NCBI GenBank assembly: GCA_963666735.1
Contig: OY762926.1
Coordinates: 3,264,001-3,328,000, forward strand
Length of the DNA stretch: 64,000 nt
Direction of reading: 5' to 3'
Origin: Gemmatimonadota bacterium
Lineage (GTDB): Bacteria > Gemmatimonadota > Gemmatimonadetes > Palauibacterales > Palauibacteraceae
Position 1 is the stretch's first letter. Every line of letters begins with the position of its first letter. Of the stretch, positions 11,224 to 21,350 are shown in pieces. The position numbers and the translations under genes were made by a program. The notes below the pieces were generated by a model. It saw only the letters and a program-made list of their open reading frames with translations, made no database searches and had not been told where the DNA came from.

Positions 11224-11610
11224 TCACGAAGGGGGTGAAGACGTTGCCCGTCCGGAGCTGATCGCTTCGAGCTTCCTGCGCACCCGCTCTACCCTCCGCC
11301 GGTTCACCCCGAAATCGAACAGGCCGACGCGCGAGGTCGACCTTACATGGGCGACGCCGTCCGACGGACACCACCGAAACTCGAGATCATCGCGGAATCC
11401 GAGGCGGGTTCGGCAGACCGCGTGCAGGTGATCGCGCCTCGCCGTGACGATCTGGGTGCGTGGCATGGCGGCCACGACGTCCCGAAGGTGACGAAAGAGT
11501 GTGGCCGGGTCTCCCGAAGTGTGAAACGGTGCCACCCGGTGGATCCACCACTCACCGGGTTTGCTGCTCACATGGTCGTGCCTGAGCCGTCCGAAACGGG
11601 CGTGTCCCAA
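11224..11610 (-). CDS. DUF1499-like protein, possibly N-terminally degenerate
   Basis: LHAVCRTRLGFRDDLEF...HVRSTSRVGLFDFGVNRRRVE matches the DUF1499 C-terminal pattern. Confidence 0.65.
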   Translation of the reverse strand: MGHARFGRLRHDHVSSKPGEWWIHRVAPFHTSGDPATLFRHLRDVVAAMPRTQIVTARRDHLHAVCRTRLGFRDDLEFRWCPSDGVAHVRSTSRVGLFDFGVNRRRVERVRRKLEAISSGRATSSPPS

Positions 11611-11622
11611 TCTTGTTCCGTA

Positions 11623-12789
11623 TCAACGGGGGGTGAAGCGCTGGACCCGGCGGCCGGTGGAGGCTTCGCCCACGTAAATGTTGCCGCGGGAGTCGACGCT
11701 CATCCCGTGCGGGCGCAGGAACTGGCCGAGTTGGCGCCCTCCGCGGCCGAACTCCCCCACGATCTCGAGGTCACTGCGGCGCAGGATCCACACCTTGTGG
11801 TTGGTGCCGTCGGCGAGGTAGAGCCAACGCTGCTCCGGGCCGGGTGAGAACGCGACGACGAAGGCCGAGCCCGAGGCGCGCGTCAGGGGTGCCACGATCT
11901 TCTCGGCCTGGAACGCGCCCTCCTGGTCGAACACCTGGATCCGGTTCCCGCGGCGGTCGGCCACGTAGATGAGGCCGTCGTTGGATCCCGCGAGTCCGTG
12001 GACCGTGGAGAAATGGCGGGGCGGCTCCGAATCCGGCCCGCGGCCCGAGTAGTCGTACTCGTACGTGTCGTCCGGCGGCTCGCCGTAGGCGCCCCAGTGG
12101 CGGAGGTAGGCTCCGGTCTCGCCGTCGAAGACGACGACGCGGCGGTTCCGGTAGCCGTCGGCGATGAAGACCTCGTTGTCGTCGGGGTCGACCCAGATGC
12201 CGGCGGGGCCGCCGAGAAGCTCCGTGTCGTCGCTCCCCGCGTTCTCGTCGTAGCGGCCGATGGTCGTGACGAGGTCGCCGGAGCGCGTGAACTTCATGAC
12301 GCGGTGGTGCCGGTAGGTGCCCACCCACACGTAGTCGTTGTGGTCGACGAAGATGCCGTGCGCGTTGCGCGGGAACTCGGACACCTCCTGCGTCGCGGGG
12401 TCGCCCCACCCTTGAACCACGTTCCCGTCCGCGTCGAACTCGATCACGACCGGGGCCGGGACGCAGCAGGCGCCGATGGGTGGGTCCTGGACCGCGGACG
12501 TCTCCTCCGGGGTCAGCGTCTCGGGCAGGTGCGTGACCCAGACGTGGTCACTCGCGTCGACGAATACGCCCGTCACCGAGCCCATGATCCATAGGTTCGG
12601 CATCTCGCGCGGCCAACCCGGATCGACCGCGAACGACGGCGCGCCGGTATCGGTCGTCTCGCCGGACCCTCCCGCCTCCGGGTTCGCGCATGCCGGAAGG
12701 AGGGCCGCAAGTATGATGAGCGCGGGCGCCCCGACCCCGGTTTCCGCGCGATTCCTCGTCGTTCCCGCGTCCTTCATGCCGTTTCGCAT
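11623..12789 (-). CDS. NHL-repeat beta-propeller lipoprotein, peptidyl-alpha-hydroxyglycine lyase (PAL)-like
   Basis: Lipobox LLPAC. NAHGI, ADGYRNRR, TVHGL, VADRRGNR and RPHGM repeats. Confidence 0.8.
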   Translation of the reverse strand: MRNGMKDAGTTRNRAETGVGAPALIILAALLPACANPEAGGSGETTDTGAPSFAVDPGWPREMPNLWIMGSVTGVFVDASDHVWVTHLPETLTPEETSAVQDPPIGACCVPAPVVIEFDADGNVVQGWGDPATQEVSEFPRNAHGIFVDHNDYVWVGTYRHHRVMKFTRSGDLVTTIGRYDENAGSDDTELLGGPAGIWVDPDDNEVFIADGYRNRRVVVFDGETGAYLRHWGAYGEPPDDTYEYDYSGRGPDSEPPRHFSTVHGLAGSNDGLIYVADRRGNRIQVFDQEGAFQAEKIVAPLTRASGSAFVVAFSPGPEQRWLYLADGTNHKVWILRRSDLEIVGEFGRGGRQLGQFLRPHGMSVDSRGNIYVGEASTGRRVQRFTPR

Positions 12790-12890
12790 GGCCGTCCTCT
12801 GTCTTCGAGCCGGGTTCCGCCCCGGATCGTTGCCTCCCGGAACGGGAAGATCCACTGTGAACGCTCACCCTCAGCGTGGGAGACCGTTCC

Positions 12891-14048
12891 ATGTCGAGTC
12901 AAATGAAGGCGGGCCTGGTGGCGCTGGGCTGCACGCTCGCGCTGGGGTGCGCGCCCCCGGCGTACGAAGACGCGGGCGACGGCGGGGCCGAGGCGATCGT
13001 GCCCGACCACGTCCTGCCGTCGCGGCCGGAGACGCTCAACTGGGGCTGGTATCCGATCGACAAGGAACCGGTGCTCCGCATCGCCTCCGGCGAAACCGTT
13101 CGGATCCAGACGCTGACCCACGTCGGGGCCACGCAGAATGAGGATCCGGTGGAGTTTCTGACCGGACTCGGCGTGCCCCGGGAGGAGATCCTCGACGACG
13201 TGATCGACTTCTGGGCCTCGCGCGACGACCGTCCCCGCGAAGGCCGCAGCGGCCACGTCATCACGGGTCCGATCCACATCGAGGGCGCGGAGCCGGGTGA
13301 CATGCTTGAGATCCGGATTCTCGACATCGAGACGCGCGTCCCCTGGGGGGTGAACTCCACCAGCGGGCGGGGCGGGATCTTCTCCCCGAGCTATCCCGGC
13401 GCCGCCGCGGGGGACGAACCGCTCGACATCCCGGCCGGCCGGCACCTGATCCGGACGGGTGAAGTGGACGGGCGGGAGGTGGCCTTCTTCTCTCCGGAGA
13501 TCCAGGTGCCGCTGGCGCCGTTCATGGGCATCCTCGCGGTCGCGCCCGATCCGGTCGTGGGAGAGCCGGGGGTGACGGTCGAAGGCGTCCAGGCCTCGCG
13601 CCCGCCGGGGGCCTTCGGCGGCAACCTCGATGTGAAGGATCTCACCGCGGGGACCACGGTCTACCTCCCCGTCTTCCACCGGGGAGCGCTCTTCTACGCG
13701 GGGGATCCGCACGGGGCGCAGGGAGACGGCGAGGTGAGCGGAACGGCCATCGAACAGTCGCTGACGGGCGTGTTCCGCTTCGTCCTCCACAAGGGAGTGT
13801 CGATTCCCGCCCCGCGGGCCGAGACCGCGACGCACTACCTCATCATGGGGATCGATCTGGATCTCGACCGCGCGGCGCGCGAAGCCGTCCGGCTCGTCGT
13901 CGAGTTCCTGGCGGAGGAGAAGGGCCTCGCGCCGGACAAGGCGCTGTCGCTCGCGAGCATCGCCGTGGACTTCCGCGTGAGCGAGGTCGTCGACCTCACG
14001 CAGGTCGTCACCGGGTTCATTCCGAAGAGCATCTTCCTCCAGGAGTGA
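12891..14048 (+). CDS. Acetamidase/formamidase family lipoprotein
   Basis: GHVITGPIHIEGAEPGD, FGGNLD, GDPHGAQGDGEVSGTAIE. Lipobox LALGC. Confidence 0.9.
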   Translation: MSSQMKAGLVALGCTLALGCAPPAYEDAGDGGAEAIVPDHVLPSRPETLNWGWYPIDKEPVLRIASGETVRIQTLTHVGATQNEDPVEFLTGLGVPREEILDDVIDFWASRDDRPREGRSGHVITGPIHIEGAEPGDMLEIRILDIETRVPWGVNSTSGRGGIFSPSYPGAAAGDEPLDIPAGRHLIRTGEVDGREVAFFSPEIQVPLAPFMGILAVAPDPVVGEPGVTVEGVQASRPPGAFGGNLDVKDLTAGTTVYLPVFHRGALFYAGDPHGAQGDGEVSGTAIEQSLTGVFRFVLHKGVSIPAPRAETATHYLIMGIDLDLDRAAREAVRLVVEFLAEEKGLAPDKALSLASIAVDFRVSEVVDLTQVVTGFIPKSIFLQE

Positions 14049-16744
14049 AGACTCCACGAGTCGACCAGCGGCACGGACTGCTCCTCACCCGCCGAATCGC
14101 GCTCGGGGCCGCTATCGCCGGCGGCCTGGGCGTCGTCGGTGGGGTCGGCGGCCCCGGGCCCTTCGGCCCCGACGAGTTGCGGGCCCAGGGGGTCGGCGTC
14201 GAGGACCGGCAGGAGATGCGGGCCACCCGCGACGCGGGCCGCACGCTGCGCCTCGACGGCTTCCTGGACGACGCGGTGTGGGAGGAGGCGGAGTTCGTCA
14301 CTTCGTTCTGGCAGCGCGAACCGGACGAGGGCCGGCCCGCCACGCGGCGCACGGAGGTCGCGTTCGCGTTCGACGACGAGGCGCTGTGGGTCGCCGGGCG
14401 GATGTTCACGGACGATCCCGGCGGCATCCAGGCCTACCGCACCCGCCGCGACCAGAACACCGGCTCCGAGCGGCTCCTGGTCTCACTCGATCCCTACCTG
14501 AACCAACGCACGGCGGTTTCCTTCGGGGTGAACGCGGCGGGCAGCCGCACCGACTGGTACCACCCCGAGGACAACGTGACGAACCGCGACTACACGTGGG
14601 ATCCCGTGTGGTCGGCGCGCGTGCAGCGCGACTCGCTCGGGTGGACGGCCGAGATGCGCATGCCGTTCTCGCAGCTGCGCTTCAACGGCGACGAGCGGGC
14701 GTGGGGTGTGAACATCAACCGCTACATGCCCGACATCCAGGAGAACCTCCTGTGGGAACTCGTGGTTCGGAGCGAACCGGGGTGGGCCTCGCGCCTCGGC
14801 GATCTGACCGGACTCGAGGGCGTGCGGGGGAGCCGGGGGATCGAATTTCTCCCCTACGTGGCGGGTGATCTGCGAACTCCCACGAGTGGCCCGATGACGG
14901 GCGTGGTGACGCGGAGCGAATCCCGCGTGGGGGCGGACTTCAAGGTCGGTCTCGGTTCGAGCCTCACGCTCGACGCCGCCGTCAACCCCGACTTCGGACA
15001 GGTCGAGGCGGACCCCGCGGTCGTGAACCTGACGGCGTTCGAGGAGGTCTTCGAGGAGCGCCGCCCGTTCTTCACGGAGGGCCGCCAACTCATGGAAGGA
15101 TTGGGTCCGCGCTACTTCTACTCGCGCCGCATCGGAGCGCCGCCACCGGGACGGGCCGCGGCCGACAGCGTGGTCGCGCCCGATCAGACGACGATTCTCG
15201 GGGCGGGGAAGATGACCGGCCGGCTCCCGGGCGGGACCTCCGTGGGCGCGCTCTTCGCCGTCACCGGCCGCGAGGATGCCCGGGCGTTCCACTTTACGCG
15301 GCGCGGGGCCGCGACGGACACGACCGAGAGCGCCGTCCCGATCGCCCCCTCGAGCGCCTTCGCGGTGGCGAGACTCGAGCAGGAGTTCGGTGAGGAGGGG
15401 TCCACGCTCGGCTTCACGGGGACCACGCTCAGCCGCGAGGGCCGTCCCGAACTCGCCTCGCTCCTCCCGTGGCGCGCCTACGCCGGGGGCACCGACTGGA
15501 ATCTGCGCTTCGGCGGGGGGGAGTACGAACTCACGGGCCACGCGGGGTTTTCCCATCTCAGCGGCAACCCCGAATCGACCCTGCGGGTACAGCGCTCGAG
15601 CGCGCGTTTCTTCCAGCGCCCGGACCGCGAGACCGCGCGGCTGGATCCCTCGCGCTCCGCGCTCTCCGGGTATACGGCGGCTCTCGGGATGGAGAAGGTG
15701 GGGGGGCGGCGCTGGCTGTGGCGCGTGCGAGGCGAAGCCATCTCGCCCGGCTTCGAGATCAACGACGTGGGCCAGATGTTCAACGCGGACCGGCTTACGG
15801 CCGAAGCCGACGTCGCGATCCGCGAGACCCTCCCGACCGCGTTCGCCCGCTCGTGGCGGGTCGGCCTCACCTCGGCGAGCGCGTGGAACTTCGACGGCGT
15901 GCGCACCGAGACGACGCTCGGGGCCGACGCCACCGCCACCTGGCACAACTATCTGCGCACGACGCTCAACGGCGAATACCAGCCTCGCGCGCTCAGCGAC
16001 CACCTGACACGTGGCGGCCCGCTCATGGAGACGCTGGCCCGCTGGCACGCCGGGCTGACGCTCGCCACCGACCGCTCCTTCCGAACCGGCTTCCGCCTCA
16101 TGGGATCCTACGGACGGGATGAAATCGGCGGGTGGATGTACGACGTGAGCGGCTCGCTCACCCTCCGTCCGGGGACGGCGCTCCAGCTCGAGGTCGAGCC
16201 CAGTTACCGGCGCGAGATGGAATCGCGCCAGTACCTCACGACGCTGGCCGGCGGCCGGCGGGCCACGTTCGACCGGCGCTACATCTTCTCCGCCATCGAC
16301 CGCAGCACGCTCGCCCTCCGCCTCCGGGGCGCCTACGCCTTCGGCCCGGACCTCACGCTCGAGGCCTACTTCGAACCGTTCGCGGCGAGCGGACGCCGCC
16401 ACGGCCTGGGCGAACTCCTCGAACCCGGCCACCGGGACCTGCTCGTGTACGGCGCAATGGGCTCAAGCATCGAGCGCCGGGCCGACGGATCGTGGGACGT
16501 GACCCAGGGCGGCGGTTCGTTTACGCTCCCCGACGGAGACTTCAACATCCTCTCCCTGCGCAGCAACGTCGTCCTGCGTTGGGAGTGGCAGCCGGGCAGC
16601 ACGCTCTTCCTCGTCTGGCAGCAGGACCGCTCCGACATGCGGACTTCGGGCGAACTCGTGGACCCCGGCCGCCTCGTCGACAGCCTGCGCTCCCGCGGGC
16701 AACATGTGTTCCTGCTCAAGATCGCCTACTGGCTTCCAATTTGA
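14045..16744 (+). CDS. DUF5916 / CBM9-like domain outer-membrane protein
   Basis: LDGFLDDAVW, W.AEMRMPFSQLRF, VNPDFGQVEAD..VVNL, ERRPFF.EG, SRRIG. C-terminal aromatic beta-strand. Confidence 0.85.
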   Translation: MKTPRVDQRHGLLLTRRIALGAAIAGGLGVVGGVGGPGPFGPDELRAQGVGVEDRQEMRATRDAGRTLRLDGFLDDAVWEEAEFVTSFWQREPDEGRPATRRTEVAFAFDDEALWVAGRMFTDDPGGIQAYRTRRDQNTGSERLLVSLDPYLNQRTAVSFGVNAAGSRTDWYHPEDNVTNRDYTWDPVWSARVQRDSLGWTAEMRMPFSQLRFNGDERAWGVNINRYMPDIQENLLWELVVRSEPGWASRLGDLTGLEGVRGSRGIEFLPYVAGDLRTPTSGPMTGVVTRSESRVGADFKVGLGSSLTLDAAVNPDFGQVEADPAVVNLTAFEEVFEERRPFFTEGRQLMEGLGPRYFYSRRIGAPPPGRAAADSVVAPDQTTILGAGKMTGRLPGGTSVGALFAVTGREDARAFHFTRRGAATDTTESAVPIAPSSAFAVARLEQEFGEEGSTLGFTGTTLSREGRPELASLLPWRAYAGGTDWNLRFGGGEYELTGHAGFSHLSGNPESTLRVQRSSARFFQRPDRETARLDPSRSALSGYTAALGMEKVGGRRWLWRVRGEAISPGFEINDVGQMFNADRLTAEADVAIRETLPTAFARSWRVGLTSASAWNFDGVRTETTLGADATATWHNYLRTTLNGEYQPRALSDHLTRGGPLMETLARWHAGLTLATDRSFRTGFRLMGSYGRDEIGGWMYDVSGSLTLRPGTALQLEVEPSYRREMESRQYLTTLAGGRRATFDRRYIFSAIDRSTLALRLRGAYAFGPDLTLEAYFEPFAASGRRHGLGELLEPGHRDLLVYGAMGSSIERRADGSWDVTQGGGSFTLPDGDFNILSLRSNVVLRWEWQPGSTLFLVWQQDRSDMRTSGELVDPGRLVDSLRSRGQHVFLLKIAYWLPI

Positions 16745-16866
16745 CGCCGTGAACCGCTTCCGGTAGTCCGTAGTGCGCGCTGTCGTAGCCATCCGTAGAT
16801 CGCCATCTTGATGGACGTCCCCGTACCCCAAGCGCACTCCCACGAACCATCCTCCAGGAGGTCCCG

Positions 16867-19662
16867 ATGTCACGGTCGCGGCGGTCCAATCGTGGCCCTC
16901 TCGTCGGTGACAGCCCCACTCCCGGCGAGATCCACGCGCTCCCGGCGACCCTCGCCGCACTGATCGCAGCTCCGAAGCGACTTAGCGCGCGGCGGCTCTG
17001 GCGGGCTCTCGAAGAGGGAGAGAAGGCGTCGGCCCTCAAGGAACATATTCTCAAGAGGAAGGCTCGTGACGCGCTCGTACAGAGCGTGGCGGAAGCCCGC
17101 AACTTCCGTACGAAGACGGTGCGAGGCTGGAACGACAACAAGATCGTGGACTGGGCCCTGCGTGTAACGCCGGACAACCCGCTCGCGCGGGAGCTGCTGC
17201 AGACGCTGCACGTTGCCCGGCGCCGGGAAATGCTTGCGCAGTTTCTCGACAGTTTGGGTATCCCGAACGATGACGGCATTCGGCCAACGGATCCAGAGGA
17301 CGAACGCCCGGGTTCCGGCCCGGCCGAGGCGGATGTTCACGCGGCGGCAGACGACCTCGCGCGCGAACACGGACTCCGCCGGGTCGTCGTGTACTTTCTC
17401 ACCGCAGCGATTCTCGAAGAACCCTATACGGCCCACCTGATCGCCTGGTTGACGGCACTTTCCCCGGACGCCGCGCCGCCCGATGTCGCCTCGAGCGACG
17501 GCGAGCCGGCGGCCGCGCTGGACGATGAAGTGGAGGAAGAGGAGGGAGATCCGGCCCGCCACCGCTCCTTCACGACTCTCGACCGACTGCTCATCGAGGC
17601 GATGGTTGACGCCAGACAAGACGTTGTCGGTAGCTTGGAGGAGGACGAAGTAGACGATGCCGTGGACGAGTTCGTGAATTTGAACCGATCGCGGCAACAC
17701 TCATACTTCCATGTCGGACTTCGGGATGTCCTCTTCAAGGGCGGCGCATCGGCGGAACTCCCCGCCCCGAGCGAAGAGAGGATCCGGTGGTATTGGGCGG
17801 GCTCGATCATGGGGTGGGTGCGCTCCGAATCGTGGGCCGACATCGTGGCAGCCTACGAGGCGCACGCATCTGTACGCAGCCTCGGCAACGGAGCGGACTT
17901 TGCGACCAGGGCCGCCGCCCCTCACGTGGTCCACGCTCTCGCGCGAGAGCGGCGCGGTGGAGAGGTGGCGGGTTTCGTGCAGGTTCGCGCCCTGCTTCGA
18001 TTCCCTCAGCTGTTCAGGACGATGCTCGAGGTCGGGACGAACGCACTGCGCCGCGGCGAGGAGAGTGATGCGCGCGCGATCTTCGACCGGCTCATGGAGG
18101 CCGTGCGAGCCTTGGAAGACGAAGGCCAGCCACCGGCTTTCCGCCCCTTCCTGACCGTGCGGCGCCGTCGGGCGCACTGTCTGCAGCGGGCACTCGAGCA
18201 CGACCGTGCGCGGCGCGAGCTCGAGGAACTGCTCGACCTCGAGTTTGATCCCAACCACCGGGCGATGGTCCATGCGGACCTCGGCTTGCTCGCCGGGCGC
18301 TTCAACCGTTTGGAGGATGTGTCGCTGCCCACGAGCCGCGACGGGCTCCAGGATTTCGCCGACCGATTGAGCGAAGGAATCGAACATTTCGAGCGGTCTG
18401 TGGAAGGGGGCCACGATTACACGGCGCACGGACACTACTGTCTCGGCGTCCTCGGCATGGCGCGACGTGCGCTTGATCGACACAGAGGCGGCTTCGGGGA
18501 CGTCGAGAACCACCTCCTCCGAGCCTGGAGCCGTTTCGGCGGACGTGCGACAAGCTACGGGCAGGATCTTGTTGACCGGACGGTTCTTTACCTCGGGATT
18601 GCACGCGCCGCGCGGGCGCATTCTGCCGGGGATCTGTCACATGCGGCGGGCCTCATGGTCAACGCGCTGGATGCGGGAGCCGCGTTCCCCCCATATCTCA
18701 TTGACGCCGTGGTGGATGGTCTGGATCTGGGTGCGCCGGAGGATCTGGCACGATTCGCGGGGGCGCTGCTGAGGGCCTCCGGCAGCGAGGCGCTCGATGT
18801 GCTCGCCCGGAGCGCGACTGCCGTAAGACAATGCCGGGAAGTGACCGACGCGCTTCGCGGGCGCGCGAAGGAACGTGGGGCCACGGCGGCGGCGGCGGTG
18901 GATCTCCGGGCCTGCTTGAACGGTTACCTTGAGACCGGCTGTTACGACGACGCCGAAGACGTGCTGGATCGCTTGGAAACGCTGGCGGTGCGCGAGATCG
19001 GCACCGCTGAATTCGAAGCGCTGCTCTCCGACGACGCCAGCTACCAGCCAGCATGGGAGCCGACGGACGCTAAGGTTGCCCGCGCCCGCTGCCTCGAATC
19101 CAGGGGCGACATCACGGGAGTCTTCGGCCTGCTTGGACCCTTGGTTCATCAGTATGTAACGGAGAACGATGTACACTCCGCGGCCGGCCTGCTCGGATAC
19201 CTGCGGAGTATTGGGCTGCCGGACGACCATCTGACCGACCTGACGAGCCGAGTGGATGCCCGGCGGTCCGCACTCGTCGGCCGTTCGCGTGCCGACAGTC
19301 CCTCCCAACTCCGGCAGGCGCCCCCGTCGAAGGTGCGAGTGCTGTTTGTCGGCGGAGACGAGCGGCAGGAGAAGAGTTCGGGCGCCGTCAAGGACGCGGT
19401 GGCGAGTCGCTCAGCCAACGTCCAGGTAACGTTCATCCACCCGGGGTGGAGCGGGAATTGGAGTCCGTGGCTGGAGAAGACCAAGGCCGAACTGGAGAGG
19501 CACGACGCCGTCGTCCTAATGCGCTTTATGCGCACCCAGCTGGGCCGACAGATCAGAAAACGCTGCGGTGGGAAGCCTTGGCGCTTTTGCTGGGGTGCGG
19601 GAAGAAGGACGATGACGGACGCGATCCTCGAGGCGGCGGACGCGGCGCGTGGCTTGGACTGA
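16867..19662 (+). CDS. Large hypothetical protein: helical/TPR-like core with a C-terminal DUF2325-like alpha/beta domain
   Basis: 931-aa ORF with AGGAGG RBS. C-terminus RVLFVGG...HDAVVLMRFMRT...WRFCWGAG. Codon usage looser than neighbours. Confidence 0.75.
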   Translation: MSRSRRSNRGPLVGDSPTPGEIHALPATLAALIAAPKRLSARRLWRALEEGEKASALKEHILKRKARDALVQSVAEARNFRTKTVRGWNDNKIVDWALRVTPDNPLARELLQTLHVARRREMLAQFLDSLGIPNDDGIRPTDPEDERPGSGPAEADVHAAADDLAREHGLRRVVVYFLTAAILEEPYTAHLIAWLTALSPDAAPPDVASSDGEPAAALDDEVEEEEGDPARHRSFTTLDRLLIEAMVDARQDVVGSLEEDEVDDAVDEFVNLNRSRQHSYFHVGLRDVLFKGGASAELPAPSEERIRWYWAGSIMGWVRSESWADIVAAYEAHASVRSLGNGADFATRAAAPHVVHALARERRGGEVAGFVQVRALLRFPQLFRTMLEVGTNALRRGEESDARAIFDRLMEAVRALEDEGQPPAFRPFLTVRRRRAHCLQRALEHDRARRELEELLDLEFDPNHRAMVHADLGLLAGRFNRLEDVSLPTSRDGLQDFADRLSEGIEHFERSVEGGHDYTAHGHYCLGVLGMARRALDRHRGGFGDVENHLLRAWSRFGGRATSYGQDLVDRTVLYLGIARAARAHSAGDLSHAAGLMVNALDAGAAFPPYLIDAVVDGLDLGAPEDLARFAGALLRASGSEALDVLARSATAVRQCREVTDALRGRAKERGATAAAAVDLRACLNGYLETGCYDDAEDVLDRLETLAVREIGTAEFEALLSDDASYQPAWEPTDAKVARARCLESRGDITGVFGLLGPLVHQYVTENDVHSAAGLLGYLRSIGLPDDHLTDLTSRVDARRSALVGRSRADSPSQLRQAPPSKVRVLFVGGDERQEKSSGAVKDAVASRSANVQVTFIHPGWSGNWSPWLEKTKAELERHDAVVLMRFMRTQLGRQIRKRCGGKPWRFCWGAGRRTMTDAILEAADAARGLD

Positions 19663-19668
19663 GACGAG

Positions 19669-20382
19669 ATGAGGCCGGACATGACCGGGGGGGTTGCGCT
19701 CGTGACGGGCGGGACGAAGGGCATCGGACGCGCGATCGCGGAGCATCTGCTCGCCGTGGGCGCGTCGGTCGCCATCTGCGCGAGAACCGGGGCGGACGTG
19801 CGGGCCGCCGAGGCGGACCTCGGCGCGGGCGCGCTGGGCATCGTGTGCGACGTGGCGGATCCCGCCGCCTGCGAGCGCATGGTCGAGGAGACCGTGGCTC
19901 GTTTCGGCCGGCTCGACGTCCTCGTGAACAACGCGGGCCTCGGGATCTTCAAGCCGCTGCGGGAGATGAGCGTCGAGGAGTGGCGGCTCCAGATCGACGT
20001 CAACCTCGGCGGCGTCTTCTACTGCTCGAAGGCGGCGCTCCCGCACCTGAGCGCGAGCGGCGACGGCTTCATCGTGAACATCGCATCGCTCGCCAGCCGT
20101 CATCCCTTCCATGGCGGCGCCGGGTACAACGCGAGCAAGTACGGCCTCCTGGGACTCACCGAAGCGATGCTGCTCGACGTGCGCTACGACGACGTACGGG
20201 TGAGCATCGTGATGCCCGGGAGCGTGGACACGTATTTCAACGGCCGGGAGCAGGTGCCGGAGCGGACCTGGCGCCTGCACGTGGACGACTGCGCCGCGGC
20301 GGTCATGCAGCTCCTCTCCTATCCGAAGGAAGCCCACGTGAGCCGCGTCGAACTCCGTCCGTCGCAACCGCCCCGCAAGTGA
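19669..20382 (+). CDS. SDR family oxidoreductase
   Basis: TGGTKGIG, NNAG, catalytic YNASK. Confidence 0.93.
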   Translation: MRPDMTGGVALVTGGTKGIGRAIAEHLLAVGASVAICARTGADVRAAEADLGAGALGIVCDVADPAACERMVEETVARFGRLDVLVNNAGLGIFKPLREMSVEEWRLQIDVNLGGVFYCSKAALPHLSASGDGFIVNIASLASRHPFHGGAGYNASKYGLLGLTEAMLLDVRYDDVRVSIVMPGSVDTYFNGREQVPERTWRLHVDDCAAAVMQLLSYPKEAHVSRVELRPSQPPRK

Positions 20383-21272
20383 CGACGGCGCCGGCGGGCC
20401 GCAGCGGAGCCCCGGCTGACGAACTCGGCGCCCACGTCTCGGTGGCGGGGGGCGTGCGGAACGCGCCGGGGCGGGCGGCGGAGATCGGGGCGGCCAACTT
20501 CCAGCTCTTCACGAAACAGCCGAACCGCTGGGCCGAGCCGAAGATCGATGACGAGACGGCGGCGGCGTTCAAGGCGGCACGCGCCGAGCACGGGATCGCC
20601 GTCGCCGGAGCCCACGACTCCTATCTGATCAATCTCTCCACACCGGACCGCCGGTTGTGGCGGATGTCGCAGCGCTCCTTCCAGGGCGAACTCGAGCGCT
20701 GCGCGCGCCTGGGCCTCGAGTTCCTGGTCACCCATCCGGGGAACGCCACGGACGGCGACATCGAGGAGGGGCTCACGCGCAACGCCCGGGGCGTGACCGA
20801 GTCGCTGGAGGCCGTGGAGGGCCCGACCCGCGTCCTCCTCGAACTCACCGCCGGTGCGGGGACGACGGTCGGGGCGAGCTTCGAGAACCTCCGCGCCATC
20901 CTCGACCGGATCCCGGAGTCGCAGAGGGATCGCGTGGGCGTCTGTCTCGACACGTGCCACGCCTACTCGGCCGGCTACGACCTGGTCGGCGACTACGACG
21001 GGGTATGGGAGGCGTTCGATGAAATCCTCGGACTCGAGCTGCTCGGACTCATCCACATGAACGACTCGAAGCACCCCTTCGACTCCCGCAAGGACCGCCA
21101 CGAGGAGATCGGAGCGGGCAGCCTCGGCGAGGGCCCGTTCCGGCGGCTGATGCGGGATGCCCGCCTCCGTCACGTCCCCAAGATCCTGGAGACCCCCAAG
21201 GGTGGGGACGGCGCGGACGCGGATATCCGGAACCTCGCCCGCCTGCGGAGTTACCGCGAAGCGAGCCGGTGA
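20379..21272 (+). CDS. nfo: Endonuclease IV (AP endonuclease 2)
   Basis: LGAHVSVAGG, HDSYLINL, HPG, CLDTCH, HMNDSK, DRHEEIG, ILETP. GTGA overlap with the SDR stop. Confidence 0.95.
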   Translation: MTTAPAGRSGAPADELGAHVSVAGGVRNAPGRAAEIGAANFQLFTKQPNRWAEPKIDDETAAAFKAARAEHGIAVAGAHDSYLINLSTPDRRLWRMSQRSFQGELERCARLGLEFLVTHPGNATDGDIEEGLTRNARGVTESLEAVEGPTRVLLELTAGAGTTVGASFENLRAILDRIPESQRDRVGVCLDTCHAYSAGYDLVGDYDGVWEAFDEILGLELLGLIHMNDSKHPFDSRKDRHEEIGAGSLGEGPFRRLMRDARLRHVPKILETPKGGDGADADIRNLARLRSYREASR

Positions 21273-21350
21273 AGATGTCCGATCCCGTGAGAGCCCGGTG
21301 CCGCGGCGCGTCCTCGAAGTCACGCTGGACCGGCGTGCGCGTCGCCCCGG

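Noticed and set aside
11060..11230. Possible ncRNA or att site at the right edge of the R-M island (includes the GTGACGTCAC palindrome at 11218-11227)
   Set aside because: No convincing structure, and no matching direct repeat at the left edge could be found by eye.
19446..20378. Apparent 300-aa N-terminal extension of Nfo
   Set aside because: Out-of-frame overlap with the SDR gene; the likely start is GTG 20379, coupled to the SDR stop.
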